A stretch of DNA of 64,000 nt from Picochlorum sp. SENEW3 (taxonomy: Eukaryota), in contig CP120454.1 in the NCBI GenBank assembly GCA_034226945.1, forward strand, positions 930,001 to 994,000, given 5' to 3'. Numbering within the stretch: the stretch's first letter is position 1; each line of letters opens with the position of its first letter. Positions 20,905 to 32,678 of this stretch are shown here, in pieces. The notes beneath the pieces were generated by a model. It saw nothing but the letters and a program-made list of their open reading frames with translations. It did not search any database and was not told the origin of the DNA. Made by a program: the position numbers and the translations under genes.

Positions 20905-23715
20905 ATGGCGACGAGTGCAGATGGGTTTGGGATTTCCCTGGCCTTTTATTTCGGATTTATGTTTATTTGCTTTGCCTTGTTCTCATATTGGAGAAGGGTG
21001 ACATGGACGGAGAAATTTTATGCGAAAAAGGCCTTCTTTCCGCCCCTTGGATACCGGGCTCCTCCCATTATTCCTCGAACAAAGAGGATTTGGGCGGGCA
21101 TGGTTGCTCGAATGAGTGAAGGGCAGGTGTTGGCCTCTGGGGGCATGGATGCTCTCATGTATCTGAAGACGATGCGATTCAGCATGGAGGTGTTTGCGTT
21201 GGTGACCCTTTTTGTGTCTGCTGTGATCTTGCCAATCAATCTTACGTCTGATAATGTGGATTATCTGACACAGAATCCATACGATCCAGCGAAAATATCG
21301 GAATATATTCGCTTTTATCTTCCGGATTTGAATGGTACAGCGGCGACTGATGCGGAGGAAGCCGATGAGGAGGCAGTGGATGTGATTGAGGCTCCAGAGA
21401 TTTACAACAAGTCTGTTCCTCCTGCACCACCAGGTCTGATCTGGTGGGAGAGGCTACCAAATATTCCACCGCTGCCTCCTGTAACGGTGTTGGGTCCAGA
21501 GTATGAGAATTATACGTGGATTTATGACGAGGATTACAAAGTTGTCAAGTACGATTTGACAGACTTGGACAAAACAACAATGACAAATGTGCCGACACAG
21601 AGCGACAAGCTCTATGCTCATGCTATTATGACTTGGTTCTTGACTATACTTGTGCTTTGGAGGTTACGAGTGTATTGCCAAAAGGCATTGAATTTGAGGA
21701 TCAAGCACTTCCAGGATTGTCCACGCGGGGCAGAGACGCACTCTATTCTTTGCACAGATATTCCTGGAGTTGTATCTCAGCCGCCGTCCGAGGATGGAGC
21801 TGCGCCAAAAGAATCATGGTTTCAGAAATTTATAGACAAGCGTATGAATGCGAAACATGGTAAGAGAAAGGAAAGCACTCCTGCCACTGTGGAGCCCTTG
21901 TTAAACTCTGTGGTGGACAAGGATATCGATGTGATTCTGCCAGATAGATGGGAGGAGGCTGTCACGAAGATGGGAGCTTCTGGGCAATCAGCAGAATGGT
22001 TGGTGAAAGAAGAGTTCCAAGATTTATACAAGGGCGACTTTGAATCATGTCACCTGGTGTATGATACCACAGAGTTGTCAGCCCTGGCGGGGCAGTATGA
22101 AAAGGCAAAAGCCAAGGCATATCACGCGGTTGATGTCAATGTATCGCAGCATATGAATGCAAAGAAAAAAGTCAAGCCACAGAAAGTGCTGGTGACTGGA
22201 CCCACAATGGGCAAATGGGGTATGGAAAAGTATGGGAAAAAGCCCCAAAAGGTGGATGCTTTTGAATTTTACATCGACAGGCTGGAATACCTTCGGTCTG
22301 AGATTTTAAAAGAACAGGTGGAAGCGAAGAAAAAAGAGTATCCTGCAGCCTTTGTGTCTTTCAAGACGAGAAGAACTCAGGTGATTGCATCCCAAGTGAT
22401 GATGAGTGAGGACTTGAGTACCTGGGTTACCAAACCTGCTCCACAGCCTGAAGAGATTATCTGGAATAATTTGCGCATGAGATCAGCAGAACGACAGATT
22501 CGACACAAGATGTACATTATCTTCTTTTGGTTGCTCATGGCATTCTATATGATACCAGTGGCTGCTGTACAGGTGCTCATCAGTACAAACTCCTTGGTGG
22601 GCTGGATGCAATCTATTCCCATTGCAAGCTCATTGCTTACTGGTATTCTTCCTGGACTAGCATTGAGAATCTTTTTGATCTTGCTGCCAAAAATATTGAC
22701 AAGCATGCTGAAAATGGCTGGAGTGGTTGCAGGCTCTGGGCTGGACTTGGGATTGGTATCATACATGTACATATTCCAGTTTGTGACTGTGTTTATCGGA
22801 AGTTTCATCAGTGGTATTTTTGCAAACCAATTTGAGCAACTTATTGATGATCCAGGATCAATTGTTCAAATTTTTGGAACAGCAGCACCACAGGTTGGAA
22901 TCTTCTTCATGACGTACATTTTGGTTCAAGCATGCTTTGAGATCCCATTGGATATCTTTGACGTCGTCGGACTCATCATCTTCAAACTCAAACTCGCAAT
23001 CGCTGCAACAGATAGTGCAAAGGAACGCCTGATGAAATCCAAGGAAGCTTTCAAATATGGTAAAATCATTCCAGATGATTCAATTGTGTTTTTACTGGGG
23101 CTTTCATTTTCAATTGCATGCCCCTTGATTGCTCCCATCGCGTTGATATATTTTGCAACTCGGTACTTGGTGAACAAGTATAATTTGGTCTACAGAAGCG
23201 AAGGAAACTATCAGTCAGGAGGGCAGAGTTGGTTGAGGGTACATGATCAGTATATTGCATGCTTGGTCTCGTTTCAGATACTCATGATATTCATTCTTGC
23301 CATCAAGGAAATGATTGGCCCTCCAATAATTGTGCTCCCCCTTCCTTTTATTACTCTGGGAATTGGAGTTGGGAACAAGGCCAGGTACACGAGACCAATG
23401 GCCTCCCTGTCTCTTTTGCTTGCTGAAGATAGAGACAGACAAGAACAAGGCAAGGCTGCATCCCTGGAAGATGTCCCCCAGAACGCATACCTGAGCCCAT
23501 TGTTTACATTTGACGAAGAGGACCACACAGAGGTGATGAACCAATGCCGCCTGTTGAGAGATGCACATGCAGCAGGAGACTTTGCACCTCTGTCAGAGCT
23601 GGCAAACCCATCCTTGGAGCCATTAAACCAGGCCGAACAGGCAGCAGAAGAGCGATTCCATGATATTGAGACGTCAGAAAACGCATCAGATGCGCATATT
23701 CCTGAAAAGAATTGA
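20905..23715 (+). CDS. OSCA/CSC1/ERD4 (TMEM63) mechanosensitive cation channel
   Basis: GMDALMYLK, VILPIN, AAFVSFK, PAPQPEEIIWNNL, FFMTYI, PLIAP, YNLVY..YQSGG and a multi-TM pattern. Confidence 0.93.
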   Translation: MATSADGFGISLAFYFGFMFICFALFSYWRRVTWTEKFYAKKAFFPPLGYRAPPIIPRTKRIWAGMVARMSEGQVLASGGMDALMYLKTMRFSMEVFALVTLFVSAVILPINLTSDNVDYLTQNPYDPAKISEYIRFYLPDLNGTAATDAEEADEEAVDVIEAPEIYNKSVPPAPPGLIWWERLPNIPPLPPVTVLGPEYENYTWIYDEDYKVVKYDLTDLDKTTMTNVPTQSDKLYAHAIMTWFLTILVLWRLRVYCQKALNLRIKHFQDCPRGAETHSILCTDIPGVVSQPPSEDGAAPKESWFQKFIDKRMNAKHGKRKESTPATVEPLLNSVVDKDIDVILPDRWEEAVTKMGASGQSAEWLVKEEFQDLYKGDFESCHLVYDTTELSALAGQYEKAKAKAYHAVDVNVSQHMNAKKKVKPQKVLVTGPTMGKWGMEKYGKKPQKVDAFEFYIDRLEYLRSEILKEQVEAKKKEYPAAFVSFKTRRTQVIASQVMMSEDLSTWVTKPAPQPEEIIWNNLRMRSAERQIRHKMYIIFFWLLMAFYMIPVAAVQVLISTNSLVGWMQSIPIASSLLTGILPGLALRIFLILLPKILTSMLKMAGVVAGSGLDLGLVSYMYIFQFVTVFIGSFISGIFANQFEQLIDDPGSIVQIFGTAAPQVGIFFMTYILVQACFEIPLDIFDVVGLIIFKLKLAIAATDSAKERLMKSKEAFKYGKIIPDDSIVFLLGLSFSIACPLIAPIALIYFATRYLVNKYNLVYRSEGNYQSGGQSWLRVHDQYIACLVSFQILMIFILAIKEMIGPPIIVLPLPFITLGIGVGNKARYTRPMASLSLLLAEDRDRQEQGKAASLEDVPQNAYLSPLFTFDEEDHTEVMNQCRLLRDAHAAGDFAPLSELANPSLEPLNQAEQAAEERFHDIETSENASDAHIPEKN

Positions 23716-23907
23716 TGATCATACCACATGAACATGTAGAGAGAACACTGTAACCCATCTTTTTTTTCTTGGCAACATCGAATGCCTGCAATAGCCAGAA
23801 GGCGCACTCGAATCCCTGCATTGCCGACATGGCGAACATATGAGGCGCCATTTTGTTTTTAAATACAAAATTATAGTACTGGAGCAGTGTATGAAAAGGA
23901 ATAGATC

Positions 23908-25398
23908 ATGTTCACGTGTTTGCAGCTCACGTGGGCGCCATGCGCTTCCTCACAAAAACACCGTGGCTTTGTTCCTTCTGTGAATATTTCAAAGAAACCC
24001 ATCCAGATTGTCAATAGTACCCCATCAAAAGATGTAGGCACACAGCAGTATAGAAATAAGAGGCGCAATAACAATAGAGACCTTGCAAAACAGGCAGACA
24101 TTCCAATTGCTCGAGTTGGTCCAGGGCCAACCTCAGATTTCTTCAGTGCGGCATCATGGAAGGAATTGGGTGCACATGAAGATATGTTACATTCACTTGA
24201 AGCTATTGGAATCAAAAGACCTTCTCATATACAGGCAGAGTCGTTCGCAGCCTTGGAGTCGGATGCCATGCATGTCCTTTTGGCTGATCATGCTGGGAGC
24301 GGGAAAACTCTCTCATATCTTGTTCCTCTTCTTCAGCAATTAAAAGTGGAGGAGAAAGCAAAGGGTGGTCCGGTTGGAAGGCCAGGGCAGCCACGTATTG
24401 TGGTTATTGTGCCTACTGCCGAGTTGTGTACCCAAGTGCTCAGGGTGTGCAGGGCCCTGTCTCGGACATTAAAGTTCCGGAGTGGAATTTTTACGGGTGG
24501 TCATCCCATGCGCACGCAAAAGAAAACCCTTGAGAATGGTGTTGATATCGTTGTTGGTACGCCAGGGCGGCTATTGGAATTGCAGGCCAGTGGCAGCCTG
24601 GATGTTTCACAGTGCAGCCATGTGGTGTGTGACGAGGCAGATGTATTGCTGGGTCCGGCGTCTTCGTTTGCAGAGCAAGTTCTTCCATTAAAAGACAGTT
24701 GTCCGGAGACGACGAAGTTTGTCCTCGTGACTGCAACTGTGCCGTCTGATATTTATACTGATATAGAGGTGATGTTTCCTGGGATTGTGTCAGCATTGGG
24801 TCCTGGCCTTCATCGTACTGCACCGGGGTGCATGGAGCAAATCGTGGACTGTAGTGGAGGAGATGAGATTTCTGAAGAGTCTGGTATTTTGAGGAAGAGT
24901 GCAGCAATGTTGGCGTCTCTTCAGGAACAGAAGCGTGATAGGACAATAGTGTTTTGCAACAAGATTGAGACATGTAGGAAAGTGGAGAATTTTCTCAACC
25001 GCTCGTTGATTGAAGATGACATAGAAGTTCTGCCGTACCATGCTGCGATTTCTCCTGTGAATAGGGATAAAAATTTATCGAGATTTCTGCAGGTTCCTGG
25101 AAGAGATGATGGATCCCGAGGGCAATCAAAGCGGCTTGTACTTGTCTGCACTGATCGGGCATCGCGAGGGGTGGACTCGGCATATGTTGAGCATGTGATA
25201 CTTTTTGACTTTCCTCGAGAGCCCTCTGAGTATGTTAGGCGGGTTGGAAGAACAGCACGAGGTGCTGGAGGTGAAGGTGTTGTGACTGTGTTGGTTCTTG
25301 GACGTCAGGTTAAATTGGCACAGCATGTTTCCAGCAGGAATCAAAAGGGTCTACCAGTGCATGCCATTCCCTCTGTGATTCCAATTCCAAGGACATGA
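23908..25398 (+). CDS. Plastid DEAD-box RNA helicase, RH50-like
   Basis: Q motif PSHIQ, DHAGSGKT, PTAEL, TPGR, DEAD, TAT, TDRASRGVD, RRVGRTAR; transit-peptide-like N-terminus. Confidence 0.88.
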   Translation: MFTCLQLTWAPCASSQKHRGFVPSVNISKKPIQIVNSTPSKDVGTQQYRNKRRNNNRDLAKQADIPIARVGPGPTSDFFSAASWKELGAHEDMLHSLEAIGIKRPSHIQAESFAALESDAMHVLLADHAGSGKTLSYLVPLLQQLKVEEKAKGGPVGRPGQPRIVVIVPTAELCTQVLRVCRALSRTLKFRSGIFTGGHPMRTQKKTLENGVDIVVGTPGRLLELQASGSLDVSQCSHVVCDEADVLLGPASSFAEQVLPLKDSCPETTKFVLVTATVPSDIYTDIEVMFPGIVSALGPGLHRTAPGCMEQIVDCSGGDEISEESGILRKSAAMLASLQEQKRDRTIVFCNKIETCRKVENFLNRSLIEDDIEVLPYHAAISPVNRDKNLSRFLQVPGRDDGSRGQSKRLVLVCTDRASRGVDSAYVEHVILFDFPREPSEYVRRVGRTARGAGGEGVVTVLVLGRQVKLAQHVSSRNQKGLPVHAIPSVIPIPRT

Positions 25399-25424
25399 TT
25401 TCATTTGTTACAGTACTGTGGATA

Positions 25425-26472
25425 TTATTTCTTTTTGTATTTGACATCTCTCGCTCCCATATTTTCTGCCTCTTTGAATGCTCTCTTGATCGATCCCAGA
25501 TCATCTGTAAGTTTCACTCTTGGTAGAACGTCCTTCTTCTCTCTGGGCTGGTCCAATCCGCGGTCCACCCCTTCTGGGTCCACCACTAGTTGAATCGCGA
25601 GAGCAGCCAATCCAGTTGCATTTGCTCCAAATATGAATGTGACAAGGTAGACAAGACCTCGACCGACAGATTGGATCACTAGGGTTATGTTGCGCGCGGT
25701 ATATTGGGAGGGTACATCTTGGTGAGCAAAATAGTCATCCACTACACGTGAGAGCAGGAAAAAGCCATAGCAGAATGCTCCAGCCTGAGCCACACCTCTG
25801 CAATAAGGAGAAAAATAATACGTGCGTGTGAGACATGAAAAGACGATATTTTTTTTACTTTGAAAAAACCTACATGAGACATTGGACGATGCTGACATCT
25901 TTCGGCCCATCCTCCTCCTCAGTTACAGTAGTCGCATCCAAAGCTGCAAGCTGATCCACTTCCTCTTCTTCAGAGTCGCTCGCCTTGCTTGAAGACAATG
26001 GTACAGTTGTGGCTCGCTCAGCTCGCTTCCTGAATAATCTATAGAAGTAAAATATTACGAGGAGAATATATCCCCCTCCAGCTATGTTTTTCAGCGTATC
26101 AGATCCTTGCTGAGGACTGTACATTGCTTCGGCACTCAAACCGGGAGGACAGATACTCACATAGAACAAACTTGTATACAACAGTACTTCTGAGATGTAT
26201 CCAGATGATTTGTTGAGCCGGAGCAGGGCTGTCCAGGGTGCATTGTCGTTCTCAAGCCAATGAGTGCTACAAGTTAAGGGCTTGGATTTTTCAGAATTAT
26301 TGGGGCCCGTGCACCCACTCCTACATACCACTTTACGAGTGGTAAATTTAGATCTCTGTATACTATGAGGTGCTATATATACGTTTGTATCTCGATTATA
26401 TCTCACGCAAACGCCCTGACGCTGCGTCGCTGGCAAGTACGAGTGCCACAGCGACACTTCACGCAGTGACAT
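25425..26472 (-). CDS. Plastid membrane protein, DUF3082-like; exons 26472-25874 and 25797-25425
   Basis: Intron 25798-25873 joins the two ORFs in frame; RLFRKRAERA, YTARNITLVIQSVGRGLVYLVTFIFGANATGL. Confidence 0.72.
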
Positions 26473-26958
26473 GGTATCGATAAACCCCTTGATTAGGTAT
26501 CAAATCAAGACTTTATATAAAAAAATTGACAATGTGCTACCAGACGAGCCCAAATAAGAATCGAGCATGTAGTTTTGCGCCTGAGCGCATCTTCTCTGGG
26601 ATGCAACATGACCGTCTGCAATGGCCTGATTCAAATTGCGATCAAAGCCTCTCATCACCAGGTCTCGGCCATTAAATTATATTTGAAGCATTTGAATGTT
26701 CGATTTATCGCAATAGATCGGGAAATGCATACAAGCGTTTGAGTTCATAGTTCTATTTCTCCTGCGCATGCTGAGATTTTTGTACTCTTTTACAGTCTCT
26801 GAACATAGAAACGACCGAGTACATCCAAGATACTATCAAATATATATTCTGGGATTTTTCGCTTGATCAGAGTCAAGTCCCTGAGCAAGTCGCTGGGACT
26901 GCCTGTAGAGAGACGGCCTGCAAGTCTTCAGCTCAATTGTCTTCGTATTCCCTTCATC

Positions 26959-29415
26959 ATGGGTAAACGACCAGATGATGAAAAGGCCAACACCTCCTGT
27001 CATATTCAGGTGCTTGGAGTTGGCTCTGATACGGGATGCACGGTGCCTTCTGTGCTGCTGTTTTTTGACAGGAAGAGATACCTGTTCAATGTTGGGGAGG
27101 GGTTTCAAAGGTTTTGTGTTGAGCACAAGGTCAAGTTGACCAAGGTAACCTCGGTGTTGTCAACTAGATCGACAACACATACGCTCGGAGGTCTACCTGG
27201 AATGCTTCTGACCATGAAGGATATTACTGCCGGTGGATTGCTTGCTGGTCAAGTGGGATTTGATGTTCATGGTCCAACAGGTATGATGACGGCAGCGAAT
27301 GCATTCAAAACGTTTGTGAGCTTCAAGGATATGGGACTCAAGGTGAAGGAATTTGGTTCAAAGGAAAAAGTGGGGCTCTCACAGATATGCGATCCAGTCA
27401 TTCAGAATGAGTCTGTGACCATCACGCCAGTTGTTGTCCAGCCGTCTGCTGATGAGTCCAAAGAGCCTGAGGCCAAAAAGGCCAAAATGGAGAATGGAGA
27501 TGCATCTAGCACGCATCACAACGGACCAGTATCGTGCTACGTGTGTCAGTTGTCGGATATACCAGGAAAATTCCTCCCTCAGAAGGCAGCGTCATTAGGA
27601 GTTCCACGTGGCCCATTGTATGGCAAACTGCAAAAGGGAGAATCGGTTGAGGGGGCAAATGGGAAAACAGTACATCCTTCTGATGTGATGGAGCCCAGCA
27701 CTGCTGGACCAGTGGCAATTGTTGTCGATTGTCCCACAGAACATTACATCGAAGGGATTGCTGACTCTTCACGCGGGCTTGCGTCGTACTCTAAAGATAC
27801 GAGAGGTGTGTTTTTTTTCTTCAAGAATATCTTTACTTAGTACCAGACGAAATCTACAAATCAGTATTCCCCAATATATATATTGTATGTTTATTATTGC
27901 AGTGGCAGTCATGGTCCATCTGACCCCAAGAGATGTCCTGAGAAGGCAAGAATATCTCGATTTCATGCAGAGCTTTCCTCAGACAACACAGCACATTCTT
28001 GTCGCTGAATCCATGGCAAAAGGGATTCCAATCATGAAAAAGAGTGCCATGCTTCACACTAAACTGCATTTCTTGGACCCAATTGCTTTCCAACCCCTCC
28101 ATCACTCAATAGAAGAGCAATATGATGATCCATTCCCATCAAACACAACTCCTGGAATAAACATGCTCAAATACTGTCTCCGCCCAGTGGCCAAGCGAGG
28201 ATATATGCATGGTACGATTTTTTTTATCCTACCCTTTGAGATCTATCTACTACGCTTCACGTATTATACTAATAATCATTGCTTTGACAAACCAATGCAG
28301 ATGAGTGCACGACTGCCTTTGAGGAGGAGGACGTCATCAAGGACCTTGTGGTCAGCAAGCCAAAGATTAAGGAACTTGCTGATGCCATCAAATCCTTTGA
28401 GTCACCTACTGCATCAAAAGATATTCCTTCGATAGTAACATCCACACAAGGTGATCACGTGAGTGTTACATTCCTAGGCACCGGTGCAGCAATTCCATCA
28501 AAGTATAGAAATGTCACTGGCATTCTTTTACAGAATAATGGCGCATCCATTCTCATGGACTGTGGAGAGTCATCCCTCGGACAATTATACAAGAGATTTG
28601 GAAAAGAAGGAACAGAAGAAATATTGAGCTCGTTAAAGTTCATTTGGATATCTCACATTCATGCAGATCACCACATGGGCCTAGCATCAGTCCTGGGTGC
28701 TCGAAGTAGAGTTTTACATGAGCAACAAAAGCCAGATGATCCCTTGCTGATTATAGGGCCGAGGCCTCTTCGAAAGTCACTACATTTGTATTCATCGCTA
28801 GAGCCAATGGCGTTCACGTACGTGGAAGCATCATGCACAGAAGTCGGAGAGAATGGCAAGACCAAAGATGTAGACTCCTCTGTGCTCCAGTCACTCCAAG
28901 CAGCCATGGCATCCATGGGATTGAAGCGATTGGAATCGGTACGCGTGGAACATTGTGCCCACGCATTTGCACTTGTACTAGAGAGCAAGGATTACGATCA
29001 CGCCGCCAACACGGGATGGAAAATCGTCTTTTCAGGCGACACCAGACCATGCCCACAGCTCGTCACTGCTGCCAAGCACGCCACCCTGTTGATCCATGAA
29101 GCAACATTTGAGGACACTATGAAGGACGAAGCAATAGAAAAGAATCACTGCACAACAGGAGAAGCAATCGCCGCCGGAGAAAAAGCCCAGGCATACACCA
29201 CCCTGTTGACCCACTTTAGCCAGCGGTACCCCAAGATTCCAGTCATTGATGAGACAACATTGCACTCTTCCAATCATGTTGGTGTCGCATTCGACCTCAT
29301 GACTGTCCGTCTATCAGACCTTCCTCGAATCCCTCGCATTGTCCCTGCAGTCAAGATGGTTTTTGAAGAAGATTCGAATGGGATGGACCAAGATCATCCT
29401 TCAAATCCATCCTAA
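26959..29415 (+). CDS. tRNase Z long form (ELAC2/Trz1-like); exons 26959-27805, 27903-28211, 28301-29415
   Basis: RYLFNVGEGFQR, exosite GKF..KAASLGVPRGP, FLGTGAAIPSKYRNV, SHIHADHH, SGDTRP, HEAT, LTHFSQRYPK; two in-frame GT-AG introns. Confidence 0.95.
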
Positions 29416-29680
29416 AAAAAAATCTACTTGCTGAATGTAAAAAACATCTGCAACTGTCGGAGCATCTGATCACACAATAATTTTAATCGAATTACGCATC
29501 TAGTTCGTGAAATTCGAGGTACGGCAACGTTGCATCGAATGTTCCTCTAAAAAAAATGAGCATCTCGAGCCATATCGGAATCAGACATCTCGGCAGTGTC
29601 CGACGATGGGTGATAAACCCCTCTGATAGTGGAACTATATTCATTAATATATACTATTCTGCAGTTTTCCAGAGACAAAA

Positions 29681-30478
29681 ATGATGACACAGCGACTCAC
29701 GGCGAAAACGCAAACCTGTGGCCTAGAGTGCCGAGCACTGCAAAGAAAACAGTCACGTGTCCACCACCGCACTGTCTGTACAGCAGCATCACGCAACGAT
29801 GAGTCTACTCCATCCATGGGTCAGAAGGCATTTGCGGCTGCAGCTGCTACTCTCATCGCTGCGACACCCTTGTCTGCTGTGGCAAACGAATTTGATCTGT
29901 TGGCTAATGGGACCCCTTCCTCATACATTGTGGACGATGCATCCGTTCTGAATAGAGCGACACGGGGATCTCTCGGAGATGAGCTGAAGAAACTTGAGGA
30001 GAAAACAGGATATCGCGTGGAAATCGCGACAGTGCGCAAGCTTGAATTTGAGAGTGATGCTTTTGCATTTGGTGACAAGCTCGTGTCCAAATGGTTCCCA
30101 GGGCAGAACAACAGGGGTCTCCTTCTTGTGGTGACATCTGCCAAGGATGGGGCATTGACTGGAGATAAAGAATTCATGAATGCTATTGGGGATGATTTGA
30201 TCGACAGTGTTGTGGGAGAGAATGTGTCGATTCTGACAGAAGAGGAAAAGTACAATGAAGCAGTGACATCATCGGTGCAGCGAGTGGTTGCTAAACTCAC
30301 GGGAGAACAAGACCCAGGAGCACCAGTCAGACTTGAAAAGGTGAGAAAGAGAACATACAAGACCAAGAAGGAAACTGAGGCCAAGAAAGATGCAACATCA
30401 ACCATTGTACTTACTCTTTTGTTAATTTCCTTTGTGGTGCCCATGCTTCAGTACTTTGGATACACCAACCAGGACTGA
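29681..30478 (+). CDS. PSB32: Thylakoid lumen TPM-domain protein TLP18.3/Psb32
   Basis: Bipartite transit peptide ending AVA-NEFDLL, DDASVLNR, TVRKL..DAFAFGD, EKYNEAV, C-terminal TM LLLISFVVPMLQYF. Confidence 0.88.
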   Translation: MMTQRLTAKTQTCGLECRALQRKQSRVHHRTVCTAASRNDESTPSMGQKAFAAAAATLIAATPLSAVANEFDLLANGTPSSYIVDDASVLNRATRGSLGDELKKLEEKTGYRVEIATVRKLEFESDAFAFGDKLVSKWFPGQNNRGLLLVVTSAKDGALTGDKEFMNAIGDDLIDSVVGENVSILTEEEKYNEAVTSSVQRVVAKLTGEQDPGAPVRLEKVRKRTYKTKKETEAKKDATSTIVLTLLLISFVVPMLQYFGYTNQD

Positions 30479-31015
30479 TTGATTCGATTGATGCATACCA
30501 TGGATATACAGTGCCGTCATCCATATTCTGTACAAATGTAAGAAGAAATTACGAGTATCTTGGCGGTTGAGTCAATGTGAGGACAACGGAGTCCTAATGG
30601 CAGGTCGTTCTGTGCATGAGACATTCACGTGTGATCTTGATCCTCTTGTTCTTCGGCGAGAAGGGCAGAATAATGTGTGCAATGTCAATTATGTTTCATG
30701 AGACGACTATTCAAAATATTATGTCCTTACATGAAGAAAAAAAATCTACTCGAGAAGTTTCCCTGCAATTGGGTACGTGAATGGCCCACATGCAAATTGG
30801 AGATATTACGAGACGTTCGAACGTACATTGTCGATATGACGGGGGAAGTTGCGCCAGAATTAATATGTTGGTTCGAAATGCCAGGTAATTTTGTAGAGAA
30901 AGTTCTATCAATGCGTGTAAGATGTCAAATGCATTTCTTGATGATGGAAGATTGGATTCCCAAACTGCGACGGTTTGGAATGATGCCTGCTCATGGCACT
31001 GCGATCATCTGTGCA

Positions 31016-32480
31016 CTATACCAAACATTTTCTAAACGAATCGTTTAGGGCCTTACGGTTTAGATTTCTGCCAATGAACACCAATCTGTTGGTACGAGTT
31101 TCTCCAGGAGCCCATGGCCTGCCATGGCCATTTGCTGATGATCCCATTCCGAGCATCATGTGGACTCCCTGGAAAACGTGTCGATGAGGGCTTCCCTGAA
31201 TTGCAAGAAGTCCTTTCGAGCGGAAAATATCATTTCCGAAATTCTGAAGAAGAGCTGAAAGCCATACTTCCAACTTGTCAATATCGCATTCTCCTTCGCA
31301 TTCAATCCCCACACTCTGGACAGATTCATCATGCTGATGGTCCTGGTCAGGATTCAAAAACTCGGGATCCATATCCATGATCCTGTCCAATTCGAAAGCT
31401 CGTATATCCAAAATTTCTTGGAGAGGAACTTGAGAATGAGTTGTCTCATAAATTGATGCGGGGGTATTGATGGCCTTGATTCGCTTCTTCACACAAGCCA
31501 GTTCCTCTGGAGACACAAGATCTAACTTGTTAAGAATGATGCGATCTGCGAAAGCAATTTGCTCGACAGACTCGTTTTCAACACCTTCATCTTTTTCCTC
31601 ATCCAAATGTTGAATAACATGCTTGGCGTCGACGACTGTGATAATACCATCGAGTCTCATGTTGGCCTACAATGCAAGAACAGAAGTGAAAGAAATGGGT
31701 TCTACTTGGCTATTATTAGCAAGTCGGCGTGCATGTTCTCACGCATCTGTACATACCTGCAGGTATTCGTCGACAAAAAATGTCTGAGCAACCGGTGCGG
31801 GATCCGCCAGGCCAGTAGTTTCAATGATGATAGCATCCAGAGGGTCACTGCGCTGTAGCAATTTGTGCAGTATCTTGATCAAATCCCCACGAACTGTGCA
31901 ACAGATGCATCCATTGTTCATTTCGACAACTTCCTCCTGCACGCCATTAGAGTGTTGGGAAAGTCTATCATAGTTGCAAACATTTCTAGTGTCCAACTGG
32001 TACTGTATTGTCCGATAGCATGGCGCAAGGCAGGATGCATGCAGCTGATATCGATAGTAAACTTACCTGGCTCTGGAGCACAAGTCCATCGTCTACACCA
32101 ACCTCGCCAAACTGCAAAGAATGGTCACGGCCACATGAGGACATTAGAACATAAACTTGATCGTAATATGAGGAACCCTATCATATCGAGAGAGTGACGC
32201 AATATTTTGTCAAGAGGCGCGTCGCAACTCGGAGCAAAGATACTCTGTCACCGACCCCCTCCTGTTACCCTGCTTCGCTACCTCACCCGATCAATGCGTA
32301 CCTCGTTTTCAATAATGGCAATCTTTTTTCCATGATTTCCACTCAATATTGAATTAATCAAAGTGGTTTTTCCACTGCCCAAGAAACCTGTACAAAAAGC
32401 CACAAGGTAGGCGCAAGGAGGCTCCGTGGACCTCGTTGAAAACACTACATACCTGTAATAACAGTCACCGCAAGTTTCAT
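31016..32480 (-). CDS. COG0523/CobW-family (ZNG1-like) metallochaperone GTPase; exons 32480-32453, 32387-32302, 32111-32067, 31936-31757, 31666-31016
   Basis: Spliced: VTVITGFLGSGKTT, IIENEFGEVGVD, NGCICCTVRGD, IETTGLADP, LNKLD, short HQHD stretch, CobW_C-like FRSKG...FQGVH...LVFIGRNL. Confidence 0.93.
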
Positions 32481-32678
32481 TTTGATATAATATTATACTT
32501 TTATAATGTATAGATGCGCTTAAATCTGATCTATAATGCAGGACCAAAAAAAAAGATTTTCTGGGGATTTCATCCCAAACCTACTACGGCGTCTGCATCC
32601 TGACGCTCTAGATAGCGGAGAATATCCAAATGCTATCTCAAAACTTCTTTTAAAATGTCAACTTCATTATATAGAGAC

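Noticed and set aside
23908..25398. Non-canonical helicase motifs (TAT, RRVGRTAR)
   Set aside because: These variants match what I recall for the RH50 clade, so they are not novel.
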